Source: an uncultured Gemmatimonadales bacterium
Lineage (GTDB): Bacteria > Gemmatimonadota > Gemmatimonadetes > Gemmatimonadales > GWC2-71-9
Direction of reading: 5' to 3'
DNA: 64,000 bases
Assembly: GCA_963779755.1 (NCBI GenBank)
Contig: CAVZZO010000001.1
Coordinates: forward strand, 608,001 to 672,000
Part shown: one piece after another, positions 40,808 through 50,663 of the stretch
Numbering within the stretch: position 1 is the first letter of the stretch
How the letters are laid out: every line of letters begins with the position of its first letter
The notes under the pieces: model-generated
The model's input: only the letters and a program-made list of their open reading frames with translations
Database searches by the model: none
Told to the model about the DNA's origin: nothing
Made by a program: the position numbers and the translations under genes

Positions 40808-41917
40808 ATGCGTACCACTCCCCGGCTGAATACCCGCGGCTGGGCCGGACCCACGTTGCTCCTGGGCCTGATTGCCCTGACCGGCGGCGGACTTGCCGTC
40901 TGGAAGCACACTAGTCTCCGGCACGCCGAAGCAGTGGCGGCCGCGCAACCCGAACAGGTGCTGACGGTCACGTCGGCGGTGGCGGAGCAACGTCGGTACC
41001 GCGCCACCACCACCTCGATCGGCACCGTGCTGGCGCTCAACTCGGTCAGCCTGCGAAACGAGCTGGCCGGCACCGTCCGCGAGGTCCGGATGCGGCCGGG
41101 GCAGATCGTGGAGCCCGGCGCCCTGCTGGTCGCCCTCGACGTCTCCGTGGAGCAGGCCGAGCTGGATGCCGAGACCGCCGAAGCCAGGCTGGCGGAAACC
41201 ACGCTGGCCCGGCTGGAGCGGCTGAGAAAGGTCCAGGCCACCTCGCAGGAAGAGGTGGACCAGGCGCGAGCGGCGCGGGACGTGGCCCAGGCGCAGATCG
41301 AACGGACCCGGGCCGTTATTGCCCGCAAGACCATCCGGGCGCCGTTCCGGGGCCGGGTCGGCCTGGCCGATATCCATCCCGGCCAGTACCTGAACGAGGG
41401 CACCGAGCTGACCACGCTGCAGGGGGTGGATGCGGCGGCGAACGTGGACTTTACGGTGGCCCAGACGGTCGCCGCGGAACTGAGGCCGGGTCAGCCGGTC
41501 ACGGTGATCCCCGCGGGAGATTCGTCATCGTCCCCGGTGACGGCCCGGATCGTCGCCATCGACGCCCAGGTGGATCCTACCACCCGGAATGCCGCGGTGC
41601 GGGCCCGAATCCCCGACCATGCCCCGGCCCCGGGAGCCTCGGTGCGGGTGGAAGTGCCGGTCGGTCCGCCGACCACGGTCGTGGGCATTCCGGTGAGTGC
41701 GCTGCGCCAGGGGCCCGGAGGCGACCACGTGTTCCTCCTCGCCGATACGGCGGGCCAGACGCGGGCGCATCTCCAGCCGGTGGTGAGCGGCCCGGTGACG
41801 GGCGATGAGGTGCTCATCCTGCGGGGGTTGCGGCCGGGACAGCGGGTCGCGACGTCCGGATCCTTCAAGCTGCGCGAATCGGCCCTGGTGGCCGTCGCCG
41901 GCGATTCCACCCGCTGA
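40808..41917 (+). CDS. RND efflux periplasmic adaptor (MFP)
   Basis: N-terminal TM; lipoyl-like halves; IRAPFRG; VDPTTR. Confidence 0.92.
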   Translation: MRTTPRLNTRGWAGPTLLLGLIALTGGGLAVWKHTSLRHAEAVAAAQPEQVLTVTSAVAEQRRYRATTTSIGTVLALNSVSLRNELAGTVREVRMRPGQIVEPGALLVALDVSVEQAELDAETAEARLAETTLARLERLRKVQATSQEEVDQARAARDVAQAQIERTRAVIARKTIRAPFRGRVGLADIHPGQYLNEGTELTTLQGVDAAANVDFTVAQTVAAELRPGQPVTVIPAGDSSSSPVTARIVAIDAQVDPTTRNAAVRARIPDHAPAPGASVRVEVPVGPPTTVVGIPVSALRQGPGGDHVFLLADTAGQTRAHLQPVVSGPVTGDEVLILRGLRPGQRVATSGSFKLRESALVAVAGDSTR

Positions 41918-41928
41918 GGGAGGCCACC

Positions 41929-44900
41929 ATGCGCTCCTTCACGGACATCTTCATCCGGCACCCGGTGCTGGCGGCGGTGGTCAACCTGGTGATCGTGCTG
42001 GTGGGCTGGCGCGCCCTGACCACCCTGCCGGTCCAGCAGTACCCGAAGATCGAAAGTTCCTCGGTGGTGATCACCACGGTCTACTACGGCGCCAGCGCCG
42101 AGACGGTCCGCGGGTTCCTCACCACGCCGATCGAGCGGGCGGTCTCGGCCATCAGCGGTGTGGACTATGTCGAGTCCACCAGCCGGGCCGGGCTCAGCAC
42201 CATCACCGTTCACCTCAAGCTGAACCACAACAGCACGGCGGCGCTGGCCGAAGTGACCGCCCGGCTGCAACAGGTCCGGGCCGAGCTGCCCGAGGAGGCG
42301 GAACCGCCGGTGGTCGAGGTGCAGCGGGCCGACCGGCCGTACGCTTCATTCTATCTGAGCTTCACCTCGAGCGAACGCGATATCCCGGCGCTCACCGACT
42401 GGCTCTCGCGGACCCTGCAGCCCCAGCTCAGCACCTTGCAGGGCGTGCAGCGGGTGGACGTGGTCGGCGGGCGGGCGATCGCCATGAGGATCTGGATCGA
42501 CCCGGATCGTCTGGCCGCGCTCAATCTGGCGCCCGGCGACGTCTATGCCGCGTTGAAGCGGAACAATTATCTCGCCGCGGTGGGGCAGACCAAGGGCAAC
42601 CTGGTCCAGATCAATCTCCTGGCCAACACCGACCTGCGCTCGGCCGGGGAGTTCAGGAATCTGATCGTGGCCGAGCGGAACGGGGCGGTGGTGCGGCTCT
42701 CCGACGTGGCCCGCGTGGAGCTGGGTTCGGAAGAGCCGGACATGATCGCCAAGTTCAGCGGGAAGGAGGCGGTCTACCTAGGCGTCTGGCCGCTGGTGGG
42801 CAGCAACGAGATCGAGGTGGCGCACCGGCTGCAGGCCGAGATGGACCGCATCCGGCCGACGCTGCCCAAGGACATCGACATGGAGCTGGCGTACGACGCC
42901 ACCGTCTTCATGCGAGACGCCCTGCACGAGATCACCAAGACCCTGGCCGAAACGGTCCTGATCGTCGGCCTGGTGGTGTTCCTCTTCATGGGGTCGGTGC
43001 GGACCGCGCTGGTCCCGCTCATCGCCATGCCGGTGTCGCTGGTGGGCGCGGCGATCGTGATGTGGGCGTTCGGCTTCAGCCTGAACCTCCTCACCATCCT
43101 GGCCATCGTCCTGTCGGTGGGCCTGGTGGTGGACGACGCCATCGTGGTGGTGGAGAACGTGGAACGGCACGTCCGGGAAGGCAAAACCCGGCTGCAGGCG
43201 GCCCTGGTCGGCGCCCGCGAGCTGCTCGGGCCCATCATCGCCATGACGATTACGCTGGCGGCGGTGTACACCCCGATCGGTTTCCAGGGCGGCCTTACCG
43301 GCTCGCTGTTCCTCGAGTTTGCCATCACGCTGGCCGCCGCGGTGGTCGTGTCCGGCATCGTGGCCATCACCCTTTCGCCCGTCATGAGCTCCCGGCTGGT
43401 GCACCCGCGCGGGCGCGAGGGCCGGCTGACCGCCCTGGTGAATCGCGGCTTCGAGGCGGTGCGCCGGCGCTACGAGAAGGTGCTGGACGGTGCGCTCCGG
43501 ATGCGCTGGGCGGTGGTGGCCGCCGCCGTCCTGATCATGATCGGGGCGTGGCCGCTGTATCACTACTCCAAGCGGGAACTCGCGCCGATCGAGGACCAGA
43601 GCCATATCAGCCTCTTCATGCAGGCCGCGCCGGACGCCTCGCTGGCCGCGACCAACAAGGCCTCGCTCCAGGTGGTGAAGACGATCACCGCCTTCCCCGA
43701 GGCGAAGTTCATGTGGTCGCTGGTGGGGTCCTGGGGCGGATTCGGCGGCATGGTCGCGAAGAACTGGAAGGAACGGGACCGGACCACGCCCCAGATGTAC
43801 GGGCAGGTCTACGGCGCCGTGTCGCAGATTCCCGGGCTGCAGGTCTTCCCCCGGCTGGACCCGCCGCTCCCCACGCCCGGCCAGTATGACGTGGAGCTGG
43901 TGCTGGAGAGCGATGCACCGCCCGAGCAGATGCTGCAGACGGCCAACGCGGTCATGGGTGCGGGCTGGCAGAGCGGGAAGTTCCTCTACGTGGACACCGA
44001 CCTGAAGATGGATCTGCCGCAGGCTCGGGTGGTGATCGATCGTGACCAGGTCGCCGACCTGGGCCTCGACCTGGCCACCGTGGGCCGCGAGCTGGGAATC
44101 CTGCTGGGCGGCGGGTACGTCAACCGGTTCAACTATTTCGACCGGAGCTACAAGGTCATTCCCCAGATCGGCGACAAGGACCGCACGACGGTAGGGCCAC
44201 TGCTCGATCTCAAGATCAAGACGCCCAGCGGCCGGCTGGTGCCGGTCTCGACCTTCACCCATATCGAGTCGAGCACGGCGCCCCGCACGCTCAACCGGTT
44301 CCAGCAGCGGAACGCGGTTCGCATCTTCGGCGGCGTGCAGCCGGGCGTCACCAAGGAAGAAGGGCTGCGCGTGCTGGAGAACGCCGCGCGGGCGGCGGGC
44401 GGGCCCGGCGTCTCGCTGGATTACGCCGGCGAGTCCCGCCAGATCCGGCTGGAGGGCGGGACCCTGACGGTGACGCTGGGCTTTGCCGTGGTGCTCATCT
44501 ACCTCGTGCTGGCGGCCCAGTTCAAGAGCTTCCGGGACCCGCTCATCGTGCTGGTGGGGTCGGTGCCGCTGGCCATCTCCGGCGCCCTGGTCTTCAGCTT
44601 TCTCGACCTGACGACGATCAACATCTACTCCCAGGTCGGCCTCATCACCCTGGTGGGTCTGATCGCCAAGAACGGCATTCTGATCGTCCAGTTCGCCAAT
44701 GCCCGCCAGGCGGAGGGCGTGGCCAAGCTGGCCGCGCTGCGGGAGGCCTCGCTCACGCGGCTGCGGCCGGTGCTCATGACCTCGGCGGCCACCGTGTTCG
44801 GCCACTTCCCCCTGGTGCTGGCCACCGGTCCGGGATCGGCGGCGCGGAACAGCATCGGCACCGTTCTGGTGGCCGGCATGACGGTGGGCACGCTCTTCAC

Positions 44901-45021
44901 CCTGTTCGTGGTGCCGGTGTTCTACTCGCTCATCGCCGCGGACCACGCCCCCGACCGCAGCGCGGCCGAGGAGCTGGTCCCGGTGGAACCCTCACTGGTG
45001 CAGGAGGCGGTCCATGCGTAG
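41929..45021 (+). CDS. RND efflux transporter permease (HAE1/AcrB-like)
   Basis: FIRHPV, GLVVDDAIVVVEN, AKNGIL and RLRPVLMT motifs; 1030 aa. Confidence 0.96.
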   Translation: MRSFTDIFIRHPVLAAVVNLVIVLVGWRALTTLPVQQYPKIESSSVVITTVYYGASAETVRGFLTTPIERAVSAISGVDYVESTSRAGLSTITVHLKLNHNSTAALAEVTARLQQVRAELPEEAEPPVVEVQRADRPYASFYLSFTSSERDIPALTDWLSRTLQPQLSTLQGVQRVDVVGGRAIAMRIWIDPDRLAALNLAPGDVYAALKRNNYLAAVGQTKGNLVQINLLANTDLRSAGEFRNLIVAERNGAVVRLSDVARVELGSEEPDMIAKFSGKEAVYLGVWPLVGSNEIEVAHRLQAEMDRIRPTLPKDIDMELAYDATVFMRDALHEITKTLAETVLIVGLVVFLFMGSVRTALVPLIAMPVSLVGAAIVMWAFGFSLNLLTILAIVLSVGLVVDDAIVVVENVERHVREGKTRLQAALVGARELLGPIIAMTITLAAVYTPIGFQGGLTGSLFLEFAITLAAAVVVSGIVAITLSPVMSSRLVHPRGREGRLTALVNRGFEAVRRRYEKVLDGALRMRWAVVAAAVLIMIGAWPLYHYSKRELAPIEDQSHISLFMQAAPDASLAATNKASLQVVKTITAFPEAKFMWSLVGSWGGFGGMVAKNWKERDRTTPQMYGQVYGAVSQIPGLQVFPRLDPPLPTPGQYDVELVLESDAPPEQMLQTANAVMGAGWQSGKFLYVDTDLKMDLPQARVVIDRDQVADLGLDLATVGRELGILLGGGYVNRFNYFDRSYKVIPQIGDKDRTTVGPLLDLKIKTPSGRLVPVSTFTHIESSTAPRTLNRFQQRNAVRIFGGVQPGVTKEEGLRVLENAARAAGGPGVSLDYAGESRQIRLEGGTLTVTLGFAVVLIYLVLAAQFKSFRDPLIVLVGSVPLAISGALVFSFLDLTTINIYSQVGLITLVGLIAKNGILIVQFANARQAEGVAKLAALREASLTRLRPVLMTSAATVFGHFPLVLATGPGSAARNSIGTVLVAGMTVGTLFTLFVVPVFYSLIAADHAPDRSAAEELVPVEPSLVQEAVHA

Positions 45022-46447
45022 CGCGCTGCTGCCGGTGTTCCTCGCGCTCTACGGATGCGCTTCGGCTCCGGCTTATCAACCGACCGCGGTGGCTCTCCCG
45101 CCCGCCTTTCAGGAAGCGCGGGTTCAAGACCGGCCGGCGCCGTATGTGGCGATCCGGGACACCGTGCCGGGGGCGGCGGAGGCCCCCACTCCGACTCCCG
45201 TCGAGTACTGGCGGGAGCTGGGCGACACGACTCTGAGCCGGCTGGTGGAGGAGGTCGCGAACAGCAATCTCGATCTCGCCGCCGCCCGGTCGCGGGTGAG
45301 TGCCGAACGTTCGGAACGGAACCGGGCGCTCCTGGACCTCACGCCGTCGGCCACCTTCGCGGGCTCCTATTCCCGGCAGCGCCTTTCGGCCGCCGGGTTC
45401 CCCGGCGCCTCGGGCCCTTTCCCCGACCAGAACGTGTGGCAGGCGGGGTTCGACGCCTCGTGGGAGCTGGATGTGTTCGGCCGACTGCAACGATCGGTGC
45501 AGGCGCACGGCGCCCTGGTCGGGGCCGCGGAGGCAAGCCTGCGGGATGCCACGGTCTCCCTCACCGCCGAGTTGGCGCGGGCCTATTTCGAGCTGCGCGG
45601 AGCGCAGGAACAGCTGGCGGTCGCCCGGCGGAATGCGGAAAACCAGCGTCAGACGATGCTGGTCGCCCAGGAACGGCTGGACGCCGGCCAGGGCACCGCG
45701 TTCGATACCGACCGGGCGCAGGCCCAGCTCAGCTCCACCCTGGCGTCCATCCCGGAGCGGGAGGCGCGGGTGGCCGCCGCGCAGTACCGGATCGGGGTTC
45801 TGGTCGGACGCTCGCCGACCGAGGTTGCGCGCGAGCTGGAGACGCCGGCGGCGCTGCCGGCGCTGCCGGACGTCGTGCCGGTGGATAATCCCGATTCGGT
45901 GGTCCGGTACCGGCCCGATGTAGCGGCGGCGGAGCGGATGGCGGCGGCGCGCCACGCCCAGGTGGGCGCGGCCAAAGCCGAGTACCTCCCCCGGATCACC
46001 ATCGGGGGAGCCGCCGGCTACTCTTCGGCCGCCTTCAACTCCCTCGGCAATGACGGCACCTTCCGGTACGCGGTCGGGCCGGTCATTACCTGGCCGGGAC
46101 TCAACCTGGGCCGGGTGCGCGCCGCCGTGCAGACCTCCGAGGCCCAGGAAGAGGAGGCGCGCTCCGAGTATCGCCGCACGGTGCTCCAGGCCGTGCAGGA
46201 AATGGAAACGGCCCTGGCGAATTACCGGGCGGCGCGCCGGCGGGTGGCCCGGCTGGAGGAAGCCAGCGCCGCGAGCGGCCGCGCCGCCGACCTGGCGCGG
46301 TTGCGGTTCAAGGAAGGGGTCACCGATTTTCTCCAGGTGCTGGACGCCGAGCGGACCCAGCTGGCCGCGGAGGACCTGCTGGCCCAGGGGCGGATCGACG
46401 CTGCCACCGCGTATGCCGCCCTGTATAAAGCGATGGGAGGGCGCTGA
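45014..46447 (+). CDS. Outer membrane efflux lipoprotein (NodT/OprM family)
   Basis: LYGC lipobox; SWELDVFG, RPDVAAAE and LYKAMGG motifs. Confidence 0.93.
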   Translation: MRSALLPVFLALYGCASAPAYQPTAVALPPAFQEARVQDRPAPYVAIRDTVPGAAEAPTPTPVEYWRELGDTTLSRLVEEVANSNLDLAAARSRVSAERSERNRALLDLTPSATFAGSYSRQRLSAAGFPGASGPFPDQNVWQAGFDASWELDVFGRLQRSVQAHGALVGAAEASLRDATVSLTAELARAYFELRGAQEQLAVARRNAENQRQTMLVAQERLDAGQGTAFDTDRAQAQLSSTLASIPEREARVAAAQYRIGVLVGRSPTEVARELETPAALPALPDVVPVDNPDSVVRYRPDVAAAERMAAARHAQVGAAKAEYLPRITIGGAAGYSSAAFNSLGNDGTFRYAVGPVITWPGLNLGRVRAAVQTSEAQEEEARSEYRRTVLQAVQEMETALANYRAARRRVARLEEASAASGRAADLARLRFKEGVTDFLQVLDAERTQLAAEDLLAQGRIDAATAYAALYKAMGGR

Positions 46448-46617
46448 GATGCGTCCACGCAGGGCTGATGTCTCCGGCAGCTGCCGGCAAGGGCATTCCG
46501 ACCCCCGTCCATAAGACGGTGTACGTGGCGCTCAAACGGGAAGACGAAAGGGCAGAGGCCGGGTCCATGGAACGATGGACCGGTGTCTCGGCGCCCAAAG
46601 CGACGGGTGAAGAGGTT

Positions 46618-46716
46618 CAGGTGCCGGACCCGGAGCGGACCCGGATGGCTCAGGGGCGGGTGGATGCCGCCACCGGACAGGCCGCCCTGTACAAAACGAT
46701 GGGAGGGCGCCGAGAT
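46618..46716 (+). repeat. Degenerate direct duplicate of the OMF gene 3' end (46334-46450)
   Basis: QVPDPERT...AQGRVDAAT..AALYKTMGGR versus QVLDAERT...AQGRIDAAT..AALYKAMGGR. Confidence 0.75.
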
Positions 46717-46751
46717 TAGGGCGGTACCGCCGATCCCGGAGATGTGGTCAG

Positions 46752-46994
46752 ATGGCGAAGCGCCTTCAGGTCTATGAAAGCAGGGAAATCACCGTGACCT
46801 TCGATCCGGAGGCATGCGTCCATTCGGGCGTGTGCCTCCGCGGCCTTCCGGCGGTATTCGATATCAAACGCAAGCGCTGGATTCGCCCGGAGCTGGCGCC
46901 CGCGGCGGACGTGGCCGAGCTGGTATCGCGCTGTCCTTCCGGCGCGCTGCAGTACCGGTGGACCAACCCACCCGGCAGTTCGGAACCCGGCTGA
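46752..46994 (+). CDS. Divergent 4Fe-4S mono-cluster (YjdI-like) protein
   Basis: CVHSGVC...PAVFD...WI.P...CPSGAL. Confidence 0.88.
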   Translation: MAKRLQVYESREITVTFDPEACVHSGVCLRGLPAVFDIKRKRWIRPELAPAADVAELVSRCPSGALQYRWTNPPGSSEPG

Positions 46995-47051
46995 GCCGGC
47001 TTTTCCGCGTTCCGCACCTCCCGTCCTCCTACCTTCACCGCCTTCCCGCTC

Positions 47052-47142
47052 CCGGATCGGGGGCCGCGATAACCAGGAGGCCCTGGGTTTCTCCCGGCAG
47101 CGACCGAAGCTGGCGGAGGAAGCTCTCTTCGATCCGCGTTCC
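47052..47142. repeat. 91-bp copy of an internal segment of the LAL regulator gene (32505-32595)
   Basis: By-eye alignment, same orientation, 5 mismatches in 91 nt. Confidence 0.88.
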
Positions 47143-47205
47143 GAGCCGGCGTGCCGGTTCGCCCCTGCGCAAGCGGGGGATCTCCTGAACTTCCAGCCGC
47201 TGGCT

Positions 47206-47332
47206 GGCGAGCGAAGTGCGCCTCAGCTGCCGGCGCCTGGCGAACACCTGTGCTCCGTTCGCCTCAAGGACGGCTGGGCCTCAGCGGAGTCCTGACCGGC
47301 CCGCGTTTGTCGGCTGCACGCGCGGGTGAGGC
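47206..47332 (-). mobile_element. Degenerate attC-like site
   Basis: Minus strand GCCTCACccgcgcGTGCAGCcgac...gcaGCTGAGgcgcacttcGCTCGCC. Confidence 0.55.
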
Positions 47333-47857
47333 GGCGCCGGCTGCGGAGTAGCTGAGCCGCCCCCTGACAAATCGCGCCGCGGCCGTGTAGGGGTGGGGGG
47401 CCGTCGAGCCCGGCCCCAGGATATGGACCACCTCAAACTGGAGCGACCGGAGCGCATCGGCAATCAGCCCGCGGTGACAGCGCCACCAGAGGGCCTCGGC
47501 ACAGAGGATCGAGGTGCGTAGCCCCGAGGCCAGGTTTACGAGCCGGTCCAGCCCTTCAGCAAATTCCTCAGTCGCCATGTAATCCGCGTAGCCGCGGAAC
47601 GCCGCGCTGCGCCACGCCGTGTTCGGTGAATCCGCACTTGGGGTGCGCCGCCCCCCCAGCTCTGGAAACCATAGATAGAGGAGCCCGCGGGTCTCGATCG
47701 CCAGCCCGAGAGGTTCCCGAGCGAAGTGGGGCCAGCGACGGGAGCCTGGATAACGCCGGACGTCTGCCACCGCCTCAATCCGGTTCGCGGTGAGGAGCTC
47801 GAGAAGCCCCTCAAGAGGGCGCGTCGAATGCCCGATGGTCCATATCGTCTCGGCCAT
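47264..47857 (-). CDS. DUF488 family protein
   Basis: TIGHSTR, DVRRYPGSR, LGGRR and CAEALWWRCHR motifs. Confidence 0.9.
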   Translation of the reverse strand: MAETIWTIGHSTRPLEGLLELLTANRIEAVADVRRYPGSRRWPHFAREPLGLAIETRGLLYLWFPELGGRRTPSADSPNTAWRSAAFRGYADYMATEEFAEGLDRLVNLASGLRTSILCAEALWWRCHRGLIADALRSLQFEVVHILGPGSTAPHPYTAAARFVRGRLSYSAAGAASPARAADKRGPVRTPLRPSRP

Positions 47858-47887
47858 ACCCACCTGTCCAGCCCGCTCGTGGCGTCC

Positions 47888-47992
47888 GCCTGACGCATCG
47901 CGCCTCTGCGGCGGGGCTCTGCCGCCCCCATCGCGGCTATCATCTCAAAAGTACTTGCGGCCGGCCCCGGCGGCAGCGAGCGCTGGTTCGCT
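47888..47992 (-). mobile_element. Degenerate attC-like site
   Basis: Minus strand AGCGAACcagcgctcgctgccgccggggc...gccccgccgcagaggcgcgatgcGTCAGGC, 30 nt before the DUF488 start. Confidence 0.45.
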
Positions 47993-48195
47993 GGCACGCC
48001 TTGCCGCCCCGAGACCAGTCGGTGCGCACCCGAGCGCCAGCTTCTGTCAAGTATGGTGCGGCTGTCGGCACACCAGCCGCGCTGTGGCTGGAGGAGCGCA
48101 ATCGTTGTGGCCACCCGTTGGCGGTGGGCCACGAGCACGCCTCGGCGAGCAGGATACGTGTGATCGCCTTTCACCACCAGCTCACGCAGCCTCCC

Positions 48196-48217
48196 ATCTA
48201 ACGACTCAGCATTCCGC
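48196..48217 (-). mobile_element. attC-like right half
   Basis: Minus strand gcggaatgctgagtcGTTAGAT immediately followed by GGGAGG. Confidence 0.4.
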
Positions 48218-48467
48218 TCACACGGAGGAGACGGACCAACGTGCCCAGCCCGGCGGGGGCTGTCCTGCCGGTGCGGAGTGCGATGACCGTCGGGAGTCAC
48301 GGCTAAACCAGGTTTGTCCGCAGCTTCACCAATTCCTCATGACCACCGTGGGATCATAGATCCGGTCGTTCACGGGGACACTCAGCGCCGTCGCAGCGGC
48401 CGGCGGGACGAAACGCGGCGAACGGCAGTGATCGCAGGATTCACGACTGGTCGAGAAAGGACACCGT

Positions 48468-48617
48468 ATGTTGCTCACGATCGCGGTCATCCTTGTAGTC
48501 CTCTGGCTTCTCGGCGCCTTCGTAGTGCCAGTGGGCGGCAGTCTGATTCATCTGCTTCTGGTCATCGCCCTGATTGCCCTCATTTGGCATTTCCTGAGCG
48601 GCCGGCGGAGTATTTGA
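48468..48617 (+). CDS. lmo0937-family (DUF5670-like) 49-aa membrane protein, not in ORF track
   Basis: MLLTIAVILVVLWLLGAFVVPVGGSLIHLLLVIALIALIWHFLSGRRSI; AAAGGA RBS. Confidence 0.85.
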   Translation: MLLTIAVILVVLWLLGAFVVPVGGSLIHLLLVIALIALIWHFLSGRRSI

Positions 48618-48761
48618 CCATCGCCCTCGGGCGGGCCGCGAGTGCCGAGGCAGCCCCCATCCTGGCGATGTCATGACGGTGGGCCAACGACCCGCGTGGA
48701 TTCGCGCGGAGCGGCGGCGCCTTCGCAATCCACGGCCCCTCCCGGCTCAATGTCCGGTGGA

Positions 48762-49121
48762 TCAGGGAACCGAGCGGCTCTCCTCTCGCAAGACGGCCAG
48801 GCTGGTGGAGCCGAGCGTGAACAGCGCCTCGAACCTTCCTTTCACGCCGATCTTCGAGCCGGTGCGAGGGGGGCTGGCCTGCGCGCTCAGGACCGGCAGG
48901 GTGCCCGTCGCGTCCCGGACCTGATAAGCACCGAGCCCGAACCCTCCTGCCGCCTCCCGCACCTCCCCCTCGATGCGCACGGTCTTCCCATCGTAGCGTG
49001 CCGCGTTGTCGAGCAGATCGCCGATCGGCGTCACCGAAGCACATCCGGCGAGTAGGGCGAGGGTACCAGCCGACAGCACCAGGGGAATCAATCGACGGAG
49101 GCGGTGGAGAGCAGTAGACAT
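48762..49121 (-). CDS. OB-fold lipoprotein
   Basis: LAGC lipobox; YDGKTVRIEGEV...YQVRDATGTL.V. Confidence 0.75.
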   Translation of the reverse strand: MSTALHRLRRLIPLVLSAGTLALLAGCASVTPIGDLLDNAARYDGKTVRIEGEVREAAGGFGLGAYQVRDATGTLPVLSAQASPPRTGSKIGVKGRFEALFTLGSTSLAVLREESRSVP

Positions 49122-49230
49122 AGTCTGCTCCTGACGGGAATCTCGTTGTCTCGCGGATGGGGTAAGCCGAATATGGCGTCGCGTGGGTTCGCAGCCAGAG
49201 GCCACCATGGACCCACAAGCCGGTACGTCC

Positions 49231-49302
49231 GTCTACTGCCCAAGCTAACCTGCCGCCCCGGAGTGAAGCGTAGGGGTGGTCAGGTTCATCGCCTTGTTGG
49301 GC
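49231..49302 (-). mobile_element. attC-like site (72 bp), R' degenerate
   Basis: Minus strand GCCCAACaaggcGATGAACctgac...gcagGTTAGCttgggcaGTAGAC. Confidence 0.65.
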
Positions 49303-49485
49303 GGTATGAAGCCGTGGCCGCCAGCACTGAAGTTGTGGGCTTCGCGATGGCTGACCGCCGCCCATTTTCTGGGAACCCGCGCTCGGAAGCCGGGCCGCCG
49401 GCCGGGCCAGCGGCTGAAGGGTTGGAGCTGAAGATATGGTTTCGGCCCCTTCGCTGCGCTCACGGCGATAACGTGCGTCCGGCGC

Positions 49486-50301
49486 TCACCGCTCACCGTC
49501 CAGGGGCGTGAAGCCCCGGTGCCCCACATGGAGGGAGACCGTCTTGCGGCGGGGAGATCCTCGTCCGGCTCGTCCCGCCCCTCGCGTTTCGCTCGAGGCA
49601 GGCTTCCCGTCTTCCCGCCTTCCCGTCTTCCCGCCTCTTTGCTGTCGGAGCAGCATCGCTGCGAGGACCGCGTACCAGAGGTTGGTGGCGTACTGGGACG
49701 CGCGCTCGCTCGCGCCCATCCACGGCGTCGCTTGATTCACCATCACGGCGGAGACGTACGAAAATCCGATGACCGCGAACACGGACGTGAAGAGGATGGT
49801 GGAAACGGTGTACACGCGGAACCAGCCCCGGTAGGCGACGGCACCCAGCACCACCGCCGTCAGCAGGAAGGGATCGATCGCCAGCAGCCCGTGCATCAGG
49901 TCCGTGAACGTGGGCTGCGTCCCCCGCATGTGCATCGGGAAGAAGTTCCAGAGCACCAGCGCGTCGAGCGCGTTCAGCGCCATCATCACGGCCATCACCC
50001 GAACCAGCCGCCGGCCGTTGGCCGACCTCCAGATCCCGATGGCAAAGAGCAGCAGCAGGGTGCTCGACAGGCTGAACAGCGCCACCACGAGCCGGCTGGT
50101 GGGCGCCCCGATCGCGAAGAGCTCGCTCACCGCCTGGTCCCGGTAGCTGAACCCGGGATAGAGACGCGCCGCGACGATGTCTGCCAGGGGGTAGAGCGCC
50201 GCGGCCACCATCCCGCATACCAGTAGCCAGCGCCGGAGCGAGGCGCCGGGCACCCCGGTTGACGCTGCTCTGCCGGGAGATTGCGTGCTTGCGCTGGTCA
50301 T
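49486..50301 (-). CDS. DUF998 family membrane protein
   Basis: [25 protein letters not shown] and PWMGASER motifs; the tail runs through an octamer repeat. Confidence 0.8.
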   Translation of the reverse strand: MTSASTQSPGRAASTGVPGASLRRWLLVCGMVAAALYPLADIVAARLYPGFSYRDQAVSELFAIGAPTSRLVVALFSLSSTLLLLFAIGIWRSANGRRLVRVMAVMMALNALDALVLWNFFPMHMRGTQPTFTDLMHGLLAIDPFLLTAVVLGAVAYRGWFRVYTVSTILFTSVFAVIGFSYVSAVMVNQATPWMGASERASQYATNLWYAVLAAMLLRQQRGGKTGRREDGKPASSETRGAGRAGRGSPRRKTVSLHVGHRGFTPLDGER

Positions 50302-50663
50302 TGGGCAGTTCCTCTCCTGGAAGCTGCCGGCATCCGGCGCAAGACGTCGTGAGGCTGACGTGAAGAAAGCGCGACCGGGCCTCAGGCGCGCTTCATGACT
50401 GTCGATCTTTGGTCTCAGTCGTCTTGGCGGCTGGCCCCGGGGCAGCTTTGGCGCCTTGCAGCGCAGGGCGATGCTCCCCCCCCGGTGCGGGAGGCCGCCA
50501 TGGGCCTTCGTTACCGGTTCATCGTGCCGTCCGACGCCCCGGTTCAGCGGCAGGCCGCGACCTGGCTTGAGCCGAACCCCGGAGGGCAAGCTCCATGGAG
50601 GTCGTTCCCTCAATTGGATTGGGGCGATAGGCGGGGATGACCTGAAACCCCAGGCTTTGGAGC

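Noticed and set aside
47993..48195. Gene inside the putative small cassette
   Set aside because: The GTG after GGGAGG meets a stop after 4 codons; no other frame is recognisable
50395..50425. TGTCGA...CGTC as a fifth ECF42-like promoter
   Set aside because: Spacer is only 14 nt and no credible gene lies downstream on that strand
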